Below are positions 10,319 through 19,034 of a stretch of DNA of 59,603 nucleotides, in pieces. How positions within the stretch are numbered: position 1 is the first letter of the stretch; each line of letters starts with the position of its first letter. The notes under the pieces are model-generated. The model was not told the origin of the DNA, did no database searches, and worked only from the letters and a program-made list of their open reading frames with translations. The position numbers were made by a program, and so were the translations under genes. Origin of the DNA: an uncultured Clostridia bacterium (GTDB taxonomy: Bacteria; Bacillota; Clostridia; Oscillospirales; CAG-272); contig CAMFEL010000001.1 of NCBI GenBank assembly GCA_945949385.1, positions 1 through 59,603 of the forward strand. The letters are read 5' to 3'.

Positions 10319-10777
10319 CTATGTATCGGAGCGAAGGGAGGACAGTTTTTTCGTAAGCGTCACTTTCGTGCCTTTTCCCCTGCGGCTTATGACGCGAACG
10401 CCGTCGGTGAAATTCTCCATAACCGTAAAGCCCATGCCGCTGCGCTCACCGTCGGGGTCAGTGGTAAACAGAGGCTGCATGGCTTCTTCTATGTTATCTA
10501 TTCCGCAGCCCTTGTCACGGATCTCAATGCGCACGCTTCTGTCGGAATAAGCCTTCATTGTCATATACACCGTGCCGACGGTATTTTTGTAAGCGTGAAC
10601 CGTGCAGTTTGTAACAGCCTCCGACACGGCGCATTTCATATCCGCAAGCTCCGATACCGTGGGGTCAAGCTGAGTCATAAACGCCGACGCCAGAGAGCGG
10701 GCGAGAGATTCATTGCGAGACAGTGATTCAAAGCTTACTTTAAGGGTGTTTTCACAACTTTTTTCTTTACTTTTCAT
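10319..10777 (-). CDS. spoIIAB: Anti-sigma F factor (serine kinase) SpoIIAB
   Basis: 152 aa HATPase_c-like protein (EAVTNCTVHAY ... DKGCGI ... GMGFTVM), placed between spoIIAA and sigF. Confidence 0.9.
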   Translation of the reverse strand: MKSKEKSCENTLKVSFESLSRNESLARSLASAFMTQLDPTVSELADMKCAVSEAVTNCTVHAYKNTVGTVYMTMKAYSDRSVRIEIRDKGCGIDNIEEAMQPLFTTDPDGERSGMGFTVMENFTDGVRVISRRGKGTKVTLTKKLSSLRSDT

Positions 10778-10782
10778 TATTT

Positions 10783-11142
10783 TTATCCGCGCCTTTCCGT
10801 TTTTTCTGTATTTGAGTTTTCCTCTCCGTATTTTATTATGCGTTCAAGTCCCGCCATATCGAACATTCGCTTTACGGCGGGAGCGGTGCGGGGGACGGAA
10901 AACCCGATACCGTATTCACGTGCTTTCTGATACCTGCCCAGCACAACGCCCAGACCGGAGCTGTCCATAAAGGTAACGCCCCCCATATCGATTACAAGCT
11001 CCGAGGGGGATTCATCTCTGAGCCGCTTGTCTATCTCCTCACGGATGCTTTTTGCCGAATGGTGATCTATCTCGCCCCGAATAGTACATTTCAGCACGCC
11101 TCGGCTTTGGGAAAAATATGCGTCCGCGCTTTTGAATTCCAT
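10783..11142 (-). CDS. spoIIAA: Anti-anti-sigma factor SpoIIAA (STAS domain)
   Basis: STAS pattern GEIDHHSA...FMDSSGLGVVLGRY. I chose the start at the fourth Met because AAAGGA lies 9 nt upstream; the track's first ATG abuts the RBS. Confidence 0.85.
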   Translation of the reverse strand: MEFKSADAYFSQSRGVLKCTIRGEIDHHSAKSIREEIDKRLRDESPSELVIDMGGVTFMDSSGLGVVLGRYQKAREYGIGFSVPRTAPAVKRMFDMAGLERIIKYGEENSNTEKTERRG

Positions 11143-11264
11143 ATGCTTCATTCCTTTCGTTTGCTTGTGGTTATTATTCTATATATAACGGTGTGCGATT
11201 TTTGTCAAAGCGGGAGACAAGTTAAAATTTTTCGTTGACGGGGAATGGCAGAAAGGTAAATACT

Positions 11265-12488
11265 ATGTCACAGCTTACGGGAGCCGCCGTAGTCGGTCAG
11301 TCCGGAGGACCCACAGCGGCTATAAACGCCACTCTTGCCGGAGTCATTAAAGGAGTAATGGGTAAAGAATGTATAACAAAGCTTTACGGAATGCGCAACG
11401 GCATCGAGGGCTTTATGCGAGAAGACCTTACAGATCTTTCGGAGTTCTTTGGAAACGCACCGGAAAAGCTGGACACTCTGTGCGCAACTCCCGCCGCGGC
11501 ACTTGGCTCCTGCAGAAAAAAACTGCCCGAAGCGTCGGACAGAGAGTTTTACGAAAAACTGATCGCTCTTTTCAAAAAATATGACATCCGCTATTTCTTC
11601 TATATAGGCGGAAACGACTCCATGGATACGGTAGCAAAGCTTACCGCATATCTCATGGACAGCGATTGGGAAATGCGCGTCGTAGGCGTTCCCAAGACGA
11701 TTGACAACGACCTTGCGGGCACAGACCATACCCCGGGCTACGGCAGCGCCGCAAAGTATATTGCCGCCACTGTTTCCGAAATAATCCGCGATACCGCAGT
11801 ATATACGGTAAAAGCAGTTACCATAGTTGAAATCATGGGACGTGACGCAGGCTGGCTCACCGCAGCGGCAGGACTTATGCGTGCCGCAAATATGCCCGCT
11901 CCCGACCTTATATATTTGCCCGAGGTGCCTTTCAGCTTTGACAGATTTCTTGAAGATGTAAAAGCCGCCCTCAGTGTTCATCCCAATGTTGTAGTGGCGG
12001 TATCAGAGGGTGTGCGCGACGAAAACGGCAGATATGCAGGTGAGGGCGCTCAAAGCGGCGCCGCGGATGTTTTCGGCCATAAATACCTGTCCGGCACCGG
12101 AAAGGCTCTGGAGCTTTATATAAAAGAAAAACTGGGCTGCAAGGTGCGCAGCGTAGAACTTAATCTACCTCAGCGCTGTGCCGCTCATCTTCAGTCCGCC
12201 ACCGATATAAAAGAATCTCTCGGAGTGGGAGCCGCCGCAGTTAACGCCGCAGTTGACGGTGCAAGCGGATGTATGATGGCAATGGAGAGAAGCGGAGAAT
12301 ACGATATAAGCTTCGTTGCCAAAGACATATCCGGCATTGCAAACGCCGTAAGAAGCGTGCCGAGAGAAATGATAAACGGGCGCGGCAACAATGTTACCGA
12401 CCGATGTCTTGAATATATTCTCCCTCTTATTCAGGGAGAAGTACACAACGAATTCAAAAACGGGCTTCCGGTACACCTTGTACTGTGA
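11265..12488 (+). CDS. pfp: Phosphofructokinase, probably pyrophosphate-dependent (PFP)
   Basis: GQSGGPTAAINA, IGGNDSMDT and PKTIDNDL blocks. It has D and K at the two positions where ATP-PFKs have G (GGDGS / PGTIDND). The ATG at 11265 has GAAAGG upstream. Confidence 0.75.
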   Translation: MSQLTGAAVVGQSGGPTAAINATLAGVIKGVMGKECITKLYGMRNGIEGFMREDLTDLSEFFGNAPEKLDTLCATPAAALGSCRKKLPEASDREFYEKLIALFKKYDIRYFFYIGGNDSMDTVAKLTAYLMDSDWEMRVVGVPKTIDNDLAGTDHTPGYGSAAKYIAATVSEIIRDTAVYTVKAVTIVEIMGRDAGWLTAAAGLMRAANMPAPDLIYLPEVPFSFDRFLEDVKAALSVHPNVVVAVSEGVRDENGRYAGEGAQSGAADVFGHKYLSGTGKALELYIKEKLGCKVRSVELNLPQRCAAHLQSATDIKESLGVGAAAVNAAVDGASGCMMAMERSGEYDISFVAKDISGIANAVRSVPREMINGRGNNVTDRCLEYILPLIQGEVHNEFKNGLPVHLVL

Positions 12489-12556
12489 AACGCCTGCTTA
12501 ATGCGCTCAATATCAGCTTTCAGGCTGAATAATAAATAATATAAGGAGAAACCAAA

Positions 12557-13705
12557 ATGGCAAGCAGAATCGTACTTAACACAATTTCCTACCACGGACA
12601 CGGTGCCGTTGAAAACATCGTACCCGAGCTAAAATCCAGAGGCTATAAAAAGGCCTTTGTGTGCACCGACCCCGATCTTATAAAGTTCGGCGTTGCGGCA
12701 AAGGTTACCGACCTTCTTGACCGCGAAGGATTTCCTTATGAGGTATACAGCAATATTAAGGCAAACCCCACTATTGAAAATGTTCAGTCCGGAGTCGAGG
12801 CGTTCAGGAAAGCCGATACCGATTGCATCGTAGCTATCGGCGGCGGAAGCGCAATGGATACCGCCAAGGCAATCGGAATTATAGTAAACAATCCCGAGTT
12901 TGCCGATGTCAGAAGCCTTGAGGGCGTTGCTCCCACAAAAAAACACGCGGTATTTACCATAGCAGTACCCACAACCGCAGGTACTGCTGCCGAGGTTACA
13001 ATCAACTATGTTATTACCGATGTTGAGAAAAAGCGCAAATTCGTTTGCGTTGACACCAATGACATTCCCGAAATCGCCGTTGTCGACCCCGATATGATGG
13101 CATCCATGCCCAAGGGACTTACTGCGGCTACCGGTATGGATGCACTGACCCACGCTATTGAAGGCTATATTACAAAGGGCGCGTGCACCATTTCCGATAT
13201 GTTCCATCTTGAAGCAATCCGCCTTATTTCCGAAAATCTGCGCGCAGCCGTTAGAAACGAGCCCGACGGACGCGAGGGCATGGCTCTCGGTCAGTACATT
13301 GCCGGAATGGGATTTTCCAATGTAGGACTGGGTATCGTTCACAGTATGGCGCACGGACTCAGCGCGCTTTACGACACTCCTCACGGCGTAGCTTGCGCTA
13401 TTATCCTGCCTACGGGTCTTGAGTACAACAAAGGCGAGGCAGGCAAGCGTTACAGAGCAGTCGGACGTGCTATGGGAGTTGAAGGGATTGACGCCATGAG
13501 CGATGCTGAAGCCGCTGACGCTACTATCGCTGCCGTTAAGAAGCTGTCCGCTGATGTGGGAATTCCCGCAGACCTTAAGGGAATTCTGAAAGAAGAGGAT
13601 GTTGCATTCCTGGCGGAAAGCGCATATGCGGACGCCTGCCGTCCCGGAAATCCCCGCAACACCAGCGTCGGGGAGATCGCCGAGCTGTACCGCAGCCTTA
13701 TGTGA
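12557..13705 (+). CDS. fucO: Iron-containing alcohol dehydrogenase, lactaldehyde reductase-like
   Basis: 382 aa, near-collinear with E. coli FucO blocks as I recall them (NNPEFADVRSLEG, PTTAGTAAEVTINYVITD, KFVCVD, DALTHAIEGYIT, GMGFSNVGLG). Confidence 0.8.
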   Translation: MASRIVLNTISYHGHGAVENIVPELKSRGYKKAFVCTDPDLIKFGVAAKVTDLLDREGFPYEVYSNIKANPTIENVQSGVEAFRKADTDCIVAIGGGSAMDTAKAIGIIVNNPEFADVRSLEGVAPTKKHAVFTIAVPTTAGTAAEVTINYVITDVEKKRKFVCVDTNDIPEIAVVDPDMMASMPKGLTAATGMDALTHAIEGYITKGACTISDMFHLEAIRLISENLRAAVRNEPDGREGMALGQYIAGMGFSNVGLGIVHSMAHGLSALYDTPHGVACAIILPTGLEYNKGEAGKRYRAVGRAMGVEGIDAMSDAEAADATIAAVKKLSADVGIPADLKGILKEEDVAFLAESAYADACRPGNPRNTSVGEIAELYRSLM

Positions 13706-13723
13706 TTTGAAATTTGTCCTAAC

Positions 13724-13758
13724 AAAAAACGCGGTCGGTCGCTCCGATCGCGTTTTTT
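13724..13758. terminator. Bidirectional terminator after fucO
   Basis: AAAAAACGCGGTCGG-tcgct-CCGATCGCGTTTTTT. Confidence 0.6.
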
Positions 13759-13769
13759 GTTCCTGTTTT

Positions 13770-13982
13770 TTATCTCGCCATATCCGCAAGGTTCTGCATA
13801 ACAGTCGCTACCGTGTCCATGGCGCTTGCCGCCTTTTCACGCAGACACTCGGGCTTTTTGCGGTGCTGAGGCTTTTTCGACTTCATCATCACCGCCGCCG
13901 CTGTACCGATTGCGCTGCCGATAACCATGCCGCCGGCTATATATTTTGCAAGGCAAAGCATCTGAGGGTTGTTTTTATGCAT
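13770..13982 (-). CDS. Small membrane protein (70 aa), hypothetical
   Basis: One hydrophobic helix (IAGGMVIGSAIGTAAAVMM). AAAGG lies 10 nt before the internal ATG at 13982. Confidence 0.4.
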   Translation of the reverse strand: MHKNNPQMLCLAKYIAGGMVIGSAIGTAAAVMMKSKKPQHRKKPECLREKAASAMDTVATVMQNLADMAR

Positions 13983-14065
13983 ATTCGTCCGACCTTTCAT
14001 ATTACTGTAATTTGCTTTACATTAATATTATTGGCTCGGTGAATTTAATTATATATGCCAAATTT

Positions 14066-14839
14066 TCAGCGTTTTTCCGTATTTATGATATTTTGGCGAA
14101 GAATTTCATATGCCAGCACGGAGGCGGCAGACGCAGCCGACAGGGAACCTCGGAAATTTCTGCCGTAATCAAGTCGGACAACTATATCAGCCCTCTCCAA
14201 TGTTTTTGCCGATATGCCCCGCTTTTCGCCGCCTACGATCAGAAACAGGGGCAGGGAAAGGTCTGCTGAAAAAGCAGATACGGAATTGCGTATTCCCGCC
14301 GCCGCAACACGCACGCCGTGCGCCTTAAAAAAGCTGCAGGCGTTTTCGGGCTCGCTGATATACATGGGAATAAGCTCCGACGCCCCGGCAGATGCGCGGC
14401 AGACTACTCCCGCAGCGCTCATCCAGCTTCGGGGAGTTAAAATTACCGCGTCTGCACCCGCAGCATAAACGGTGCGCAGAGCATAGCCGAAATTATAGGG
14501 GTCTTCAATGCCGTCAATCATTACATAAAACCCTTTTCCCTCCGGCAGCGGGTCTTGCAGAGGAGCGATTTCACGCTCGCCGCACAAAGCGATTATACCG
14601 CCGTGAGTATTTCCCGTGGTCAGAGGGTCAATTTCATCACCGTCGCATAAGCATATTTCAAAGCCGTCCCTCTCCGAACAGCGCTTCAGAAAAGAGGTTT
14701 CGCGTATCTTCTTTTTCGCTTTTTCTCTGTCAATAAGTACTCTTTCTATTTTTCGGTGCCCGCCGTTTATAACGGCGGAAATTGAAGTCATACCCTCAAA
14801 TACGGTGGACGCCGCCTGTCTCGTTTCTTCTTTTTTCAT
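14066..14839 (-). CDS. TrmH/SpoU-family RNA 2'-O-methyltransferase (RlmB-like)
   Basis: 257 aa with SpoU motifs (IEDPYNFGYALRTVYAAGADAV; LIVGGEKRGIS; GSLSAASAASVLAYE). Confidence 0.8.
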   Translation of the reverse strand: MKKEETRQAASTVFEGMTSISAVINGGHRKIERVLIDREKAKKKIRETSFLKRCSERDGFEICLCDGDEIDPLTTGNTHGGIIALCGEREIAPLQDPLPEGKGFYVMIDGIEDPYNFGYALRTVYAAGADAVILTPRSWMSAAGVVCRASAGASELIPMYISEPENACSFFKAHGVRVAAAGIRNSVSAFSADLSLPLFLIVGGEKRGISAKTLERADIVVRLDYGRNFRGSLSAASAASVLAYEILRQNIINTEKR

Positions 14840-14873
14840 ATTGTACCCGGCTCAGATTCAAAGTATGATCAGC

Positions 14874-14900
14874 AAAAAAGAGGGGGAAACCCTCTCTTTT
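14874..14900 (-). terminator. Terminator after prfB
   Basis: On the minus strand: AGAGGG-tttcc-CCCTCT followed by TTTTTTG. Confidence 0.6.
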
Positions 14901-14903
14901 GCA

Positions 14904-16016
14904 TCAGTTTTTGTTTGCATTCATTTTCAGATAAGCGTTGATAAAGCCGTCAATATTTCCGTCCATTACGCTTTGAATATTGCCGTCCTCATAACCTGTT
15001 CTCGTATCCTTTGCCAAAGTATAGGGCATAAAGACATAAGAGCGGATCTGGGCGCCCCATTCAATATTGGTTTTGTTGCCCTGAATATCCTCGATACGCT
15101 CAAGCTTTTCCCGCTGTTTTATCTCCATAAGCTTGGATTTCAGCATTTTCATGGCGGTTTCTTTGTTCTGGAGCTGACTGCGCTCCGTCTGACAGCCTAC
15201 CACAATGCCTGTGGGGATATGAACTATACGGATAGCGGAGTCTGTTTTGTTTATATGCTGTCCCCCTGCGCCGCTTGAACGGTGAGCCGTTATTTCAAGA
15301 TCCTCGTCGCGTATCTCGATGGAGTTATCGTCCTCAAATTCGGGAAGCACTTCAACGGAAGCGAAGGATGTGTGCCGTCTGCCCGAACCGTCAAAGGGAG
15401 AAATACGCACCAGGCGGTGTACGCCGTTTTCGCTTTTAAGGTAGCCGTAAGCGTTGAGGCCCTCTATGGTAATGGTAGCGGACTTTATGCCCGCCTCGTC
15501 GCCGTCAAGCCAGTCAATAAGCTTGACCGTGTATCCGTGGCTCTCGCCCCAGCGTGTATACATGCGGTACAGCATCTGCGCCCAGTCCTGAGCCTCGGTG
15601 CCGCCTGCGCCGGGATGGAAAGAGAGAATAGCGTTGTTGTGGTCGTATTCACCGGACAGAAGCACTTCTATGCGCTGTTTTTCTTCTTCTGCTTCTATCT
15701 CTTTTGTTTCGTTCAGTATCTCGTCCTTGAGACTTTCGTCGTTTGCCTCGATAGCAAGCTCGCAAAGCGTTACCGCGTCTTCAAGCTTTGCGCAAAGCTT
15801 TTCGTATCTTTCTATCTTATCTTTTATCTGCTTTGTCTGGCGCAGTATCTTGCCGGAATTTTCCTGATCGTTCCAGAAATCCGGCTCAAGAGCCTTTTTG
15901 TCAAGCTCCTCCGCCTCTTTTTTCAAGTCCTCGATCCTGAGAGCGCTGCCCAGCTCTTTAAGGTCGCTCCTGAAGTTTGTAAGCTTATATTTTGCTTCTT
16001 CAATTTCAATTATCAT
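14904..16016 (-). CDS. prfB: Peptide chain release factor 2, encoded in one uninterrupted frame
   Basis: 370 aa with the SPF motif (RISPFDGSGRRHTSFASVEVLPE) and GGQ (SSGAGGQHINKTDSAIRIVH). No in-frame UGA or CUU-UGA shift site near codon 25. Confidence 0.95.
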   Translation of the reverse strand: MIIEIEEAKYKLTNFRSDLKELGSALRIEDLKKEAEELDKKALEPDFWNDQENSGKILRQTKQIKDKIERYEKLCAKLEDAVTLCELAIEANDESLKDEILNETKEIEAEEEKQRIEVLLSGEYDHNNAILSFHPGAGGTEAQDWAQMLYRMYTRWGESHGYTVKLIDWLDGDEAGIKSATITIEGLNAYGYLKSENGVHRLVRISPFDGSGRRHTSFASVEVLPEFEDDNSIEIRDEDLEITAHRSSGAGGQHINKTDSAIRIVHIPTGIVVGCQTERSQLQNKETAMKMLKSKLMEIKQREKLERIEDIQGNKTNIEWGAQIRSYVFMPYTLAKDTRTGYEDGNIQSVMDGNIDGFINAYLKMNANKN

Positions 16017-16068
16017 TGCAATAACCGTTCCTTTCCTGTTTGCTTATGAGTCCGAAGCGGAATATAAG

Positions 16069-16278
16069 CTAATCGTCCGTGTCAATATCTACATAGTCAA
16101 GACAGGGTGCCTTAATGCTTTTGGGAGGGACTCTTTTTACGGGGTCGTATGAAAATTTTCTGCATCTCCAGCCGGCGGGAACAACTCCCCGCATACGGCA
16201 GAGCATTACGGAACTGTCATACATACGTGCGGCGTTTTCACATACGGCGCATATACATTCGCTTTTATCCGGTTTCAT
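16069..16278 (-). CDS. Small Cys-rich protein (69 aa), hypothetical
   Basis: MKPDKSECICAVCENAARMYDSSVMLCRMRGVVPAGWRCRKF... with GGAGG 6 nt before the second ATG. It lies 52 nt upstream of prfB on the same strand. Confidence 0.45.
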   Translation of the reverse strand: MKPDKSECICAVCENAARMYDSSVMLCRMRGVVPAGWRCRKFSYDPVKRVPPKSIKAPCLDYVDIDTDD

Positions 16279-16344
16279 ACACATCCTCCTTTTTGCATTG
16301 CTTATATTATTATATAAAAACCGCGCCGATAAATCAAGCGGTTT

Positions 16345-17430
16345 TTACATTTTGTACGCTTTTATAAGCAATTTTACCGAAAAGGCTGTTATCAGAGCCG
16401 CAGATGCAATATACAGCGGCGGTGAGAATTGCAGAAAGGTCTGAAGAAACAGACTCCCGGTGCAGGGCATATATTTTTCGCAGAGCAGAAAACCTGCCGC
16501 TCCGCACATAAGCCCCTGCAAAAGCTTTACAAAGAATGTGCGCTTTAGCGAAAGTCCCAAGGGAAATGTAAAGGCTCCCGCCTGACAGAATACGGAAAGG
16601 CCGGAAAATCCAAGTGCAAAGCCGCAGAAAAAGCCTCCCAACCGATTGCCGGACGCTGCAAGCAGCGCTCCCAGCTTTGACGCTTCCGTCAGCTCAAAAA
16701 CCGCGGCGACGCCGGAGGTAAGTACAGGGGATGCCAAATCCGTCAGACACGATATATATGAAATGACGACGGCAAAAACCGTTACAAAGCCGCACACATT
16801 CAAACAGGCCCCCACAGAGTCCCTGACAGCAAAAAGAAATGCCGATAAAAGAGGCTCTCTTACGGTTGAAGCGGCAGTCTTAGCTTCATTTTTATCCGGT
16901 CTTGCGATTATACGGTTAATAAATACCCCTGCAATAACTGCCGACACAAGCTGCGCAAAATACATAAGCCAACCGAAAACCGCGCTGTTCCAGAATACGG
17001 AGCCTATAACCGACACAACAAAGGACGGACCCGTATTGTTTGCAACGGAAATAAGCACCTCAGCCTGCGTTTTTGTAACGGTGCCTCTGCGGTAAAGCTC
17101 CGCTGCGGTCTTAGCTCCCAGGGGAAAGCCGCACAGAAACCCCAGAATTACCGCAGAGGATGCCTCGGCGGGAAGCCCGAAAAGCTTCGCCGCGGGAAGT
17201 CTGCGGGAAATAGAGTCCGCGGCACCGGTGGTAACCAGCATTGAGGACACTACCATATAAGGAAAAAGCGCGGGAATAAGTCGGCTGAGACACATAGACA
17301 CAGCCGACTGCGCCGCCCTTGATGAAGCTTCGCCGAAAACCGTAAGTATAAGGCACAGCGCGCACAGAAACAGGCAGAGAAGTACGCCTTTGCGGCTTTT
17401 GCGGTTTATGTCGTTTATCCTTTCTTTCAT
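16345..17430 (-). CDS. ylbJ: Sporulation integral membrane protein YlbJ-like (nucleoside-recognition/Gate-type membrane protein)
   Basis: 361 aa polytopic membrane protein. The N-terminal block LSRLIPALFPYMVVSSML is typical of YlbJ, and the context is sporulation genes. Confidence 0.65.
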   Translation of the reverse strand: MKERINDINRKSRKGVLLCLFLCALCLILTVFGEASSRAAQSAVSMCLSRLIPALFPYMVVSSMLVTTGAADSISRRLPAAKLFGLPAEASSAVILGFLCGFPLGAKTAAELYRRGTVTKTQAEVLISVANNTGPSFVVSVIGSVFWNSAVFGWLMYFAQLVSAVIAGVFINRIIARPDKNEAKTAASTVREPLLSAFLFAVRDSVGACLNVCGFVTVFAVVISYISCLTDLASPVLTSGVAAVFELTEASKLGALLAASGNRLGGFFCGFALGFSGLSVFCQAGAFTFPLGLSLKRTFFVKLLQGLMCGAAGFLLCEKYMPCTGSLFLQTFLQFSPPLYIASAALITAFSVKLLIKAYKM

Positions 17431-17525
17431 TAGTCAGCTCCGTTTGTCATATTATTCAGTAGAATATATGCCGCCGCGCACTTTATATTTCCCGTGCGGC
17501 AGCGATGACGGAGGACAGAGTATTT

Positions 17526-17807
17526 ATGAAAACACTGAAAGAAAAATGTACTTCGCTTTTTGAGAGAATAAGCGAGGAGGCGGGAGCGGCGCCCCTTATA
17601 GAACTGCACGGCAGCGGAGAAGTGCTTATTTCAGGCTGCCGCGGAATAATAGACTATGACAGCACATCAATCACGGTGGAAACCCCCTGCGGGCTTATGA
17701 CACTTAAAGGAAAAGGACTTACTGTGTCGGTATTCCGCGGAGATATAATGTCAGTAGAGGGAAAAGTATCCCTATTGTGCTTCGGGGAGGCGGAAAATGC
17801 TGATTGA
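17526..17807 (+). CDS. yqfC: Sporulation protein YqfC (YabP/YqfC family)
   Basis: 93 aa from the ATG with GGAGGA 10 nt upstream. YabP-like repeats are present (LISGCRGIIDYDSTSITVET...LTVSVF) and yqfD follows directly. Confidence 0.8.
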   Translation: MKTLKEKCTSLFERISEEAGAAPLIELHGSGEVLISGCRGIIDYDSTSITVETPCGLMTLKGKGLTVSVFRGDIMSVEGKVSLLCFGEAENAD

Positions 17808-19005
17808 TTTACTGTTCGGCACGGCAGTGCTTACTTTTCCCGCCAAAAGGTGCGCCGAAATACTGAACGCCGCCGCCCGCCTTGATATACATTTCCGTCC
17901 CCCCGTAACAGACAAAGATATAACCGTTTTGAAAATACCCCTGCGCTCCGCCTCTCCGCTTCTTTGCTCCGTTTGCTGTGCCGATGAAATAAAACTACAA
18001 ACAAAGGGGCTTTTACCTTTCGTTCTCCGATATAAAAAGCGGTGGGGAATTGCGGCAGGCGCTTTGATTTTTGTATTTCTGACAGCTCTGTCGTCAAATG
18101 TAATATGGAGCGTGGATGTGACCGGAAATAAAAACATCAGCGACAAATATATCACTGATATTCTTGCAAATCTCGGATGCAGACCGGGCGCCTTTTACTC
18201 TTCCATCGACTTTGACACTTTGCATAACAGATTTCTTATGGAAAGCGAGGGAATAGGCTGGATTTCCGTAAATATGAACGGCACCCGCGCAAATGTGGAG
18301 GTAAGAGAGACCTCCGTCGGAGAGAGAGAAGCAGACAGTACATATTATAATCTGATAGCGGCAGAGGACGGGCAGATTGAGAGAATTGCCGCAATAGAGG
18401 GGAAGCCGCAGGTAAAAATTTCTCAAACCGTTGAAAAAGGTCAGCTTCTTGTCAGCGGAATACTCAGCAGGGAAGAGGGCGGCATAAGGCTTGAAAGCGC
18501 CTCTGGAAGCGTATACGCAAAGGTAACGAGAAATTTTTCCGTAAGCGTACCTCTGAAAACGGAAAAAAAGGTATACACGGGAGAGAAAACAGAAAAAAAG
18601 AGCGTAACTTTTTTCAGTTTTAATATAAATCTTTTTACAAACAGTAGAATTCCATATGACTTTTATGATACAATAGAAACGGAGAAGAGGCTTTATCTGT
18701 TTGACACGGCAGCCCTGCCTGTCCTTGTCGGCACTAAAGAGTACAGGGAGTATGAAAATGCTTTTGTAACACTTACCGAGGACGAAGCAAAAGACGAGGC
18801 TATGAGGCTTTACAGAGAAAAGCTGAAGGAGACTCTCGGCACGGCACAGCTTTTGTCCAAAAGTACGGATATCAGCATTGAAAACGAAGTCTGTACCGTA
18901 TCATGCAGTATTTACTGCCTTGCAGACATAGCAAAGCCCGCCCCCTTTGATATTGCGCAGGACAGTGATGATGAAGCAAAAGAAACAGAAAACGCACAAC
19001 AGTAA
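17797..19005 (+). CDS. yqfD: Sporulation protein YqfD
   Basis: 402 aa, overlapping the yqfC end by 11 nt. It has a central TM segment and the conserved yqfC-yqfD-phoH order. Confidence 0.8.
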   Translation: MLIDLLFGTAVLTFPAKRCAEILNAAARLDIHFRPPVTDKDITVLKIPLRSASPLLCSVCCADEIKLQTKGLLPFVLRYKKRWGIAAGALIFVFLTALSSNVIWSVDVTGNKNISDKYITDILANLGCRPGAFYSSIDFDTLHNRFLMESEGIGWISVNMNGTRANVEVRETSVGEREADSTYYNLIAAEDGQIERIAAIEGKPQVKISQTVEKGQLLVSGILSREEGGIRLESASGSVYAKVTRNFSVSVPLKTEKKVYTGEKTEKKSVTFFSFNINLFTNSRIPYDFYDTIETEKRLYLFDTAALPVLVGTKEYREYENAFVTLTEDEAKDEAMRLYREKLKETLGTAQLLSKSTDISIENEVCTVSCSIYCLADIAKPAPFDIAQDSDDEAKETENAQQ

Positions 19006-19034
19006 ATCGGAAATATATTTGAAAAGGATTGCAA

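Noticed and set aside
12629-13789. 386-aa ORF on the minus strand spanning all of fucO
   Set aside because: It is exactly antisense to a gene with strong FucO similarity. It has no RBS and a low-complexity, Gly/Ser/Asn-rich translation, so it is a shadow ORF produced by codon bias.
15282-16049. 255-aa plus-strand ORF opposite prfB; similar antisense ORFs occur at 11268-11981, 23813-24523, 30858-31742, 43856-44632, 46032-46666 and 47228-47899
   Set aside because: All lie fully antisense to confidently identified genes, and none has a translation signal or recognisable motif. They are typical antisense open frames in roughly 50% GC coding DNA.
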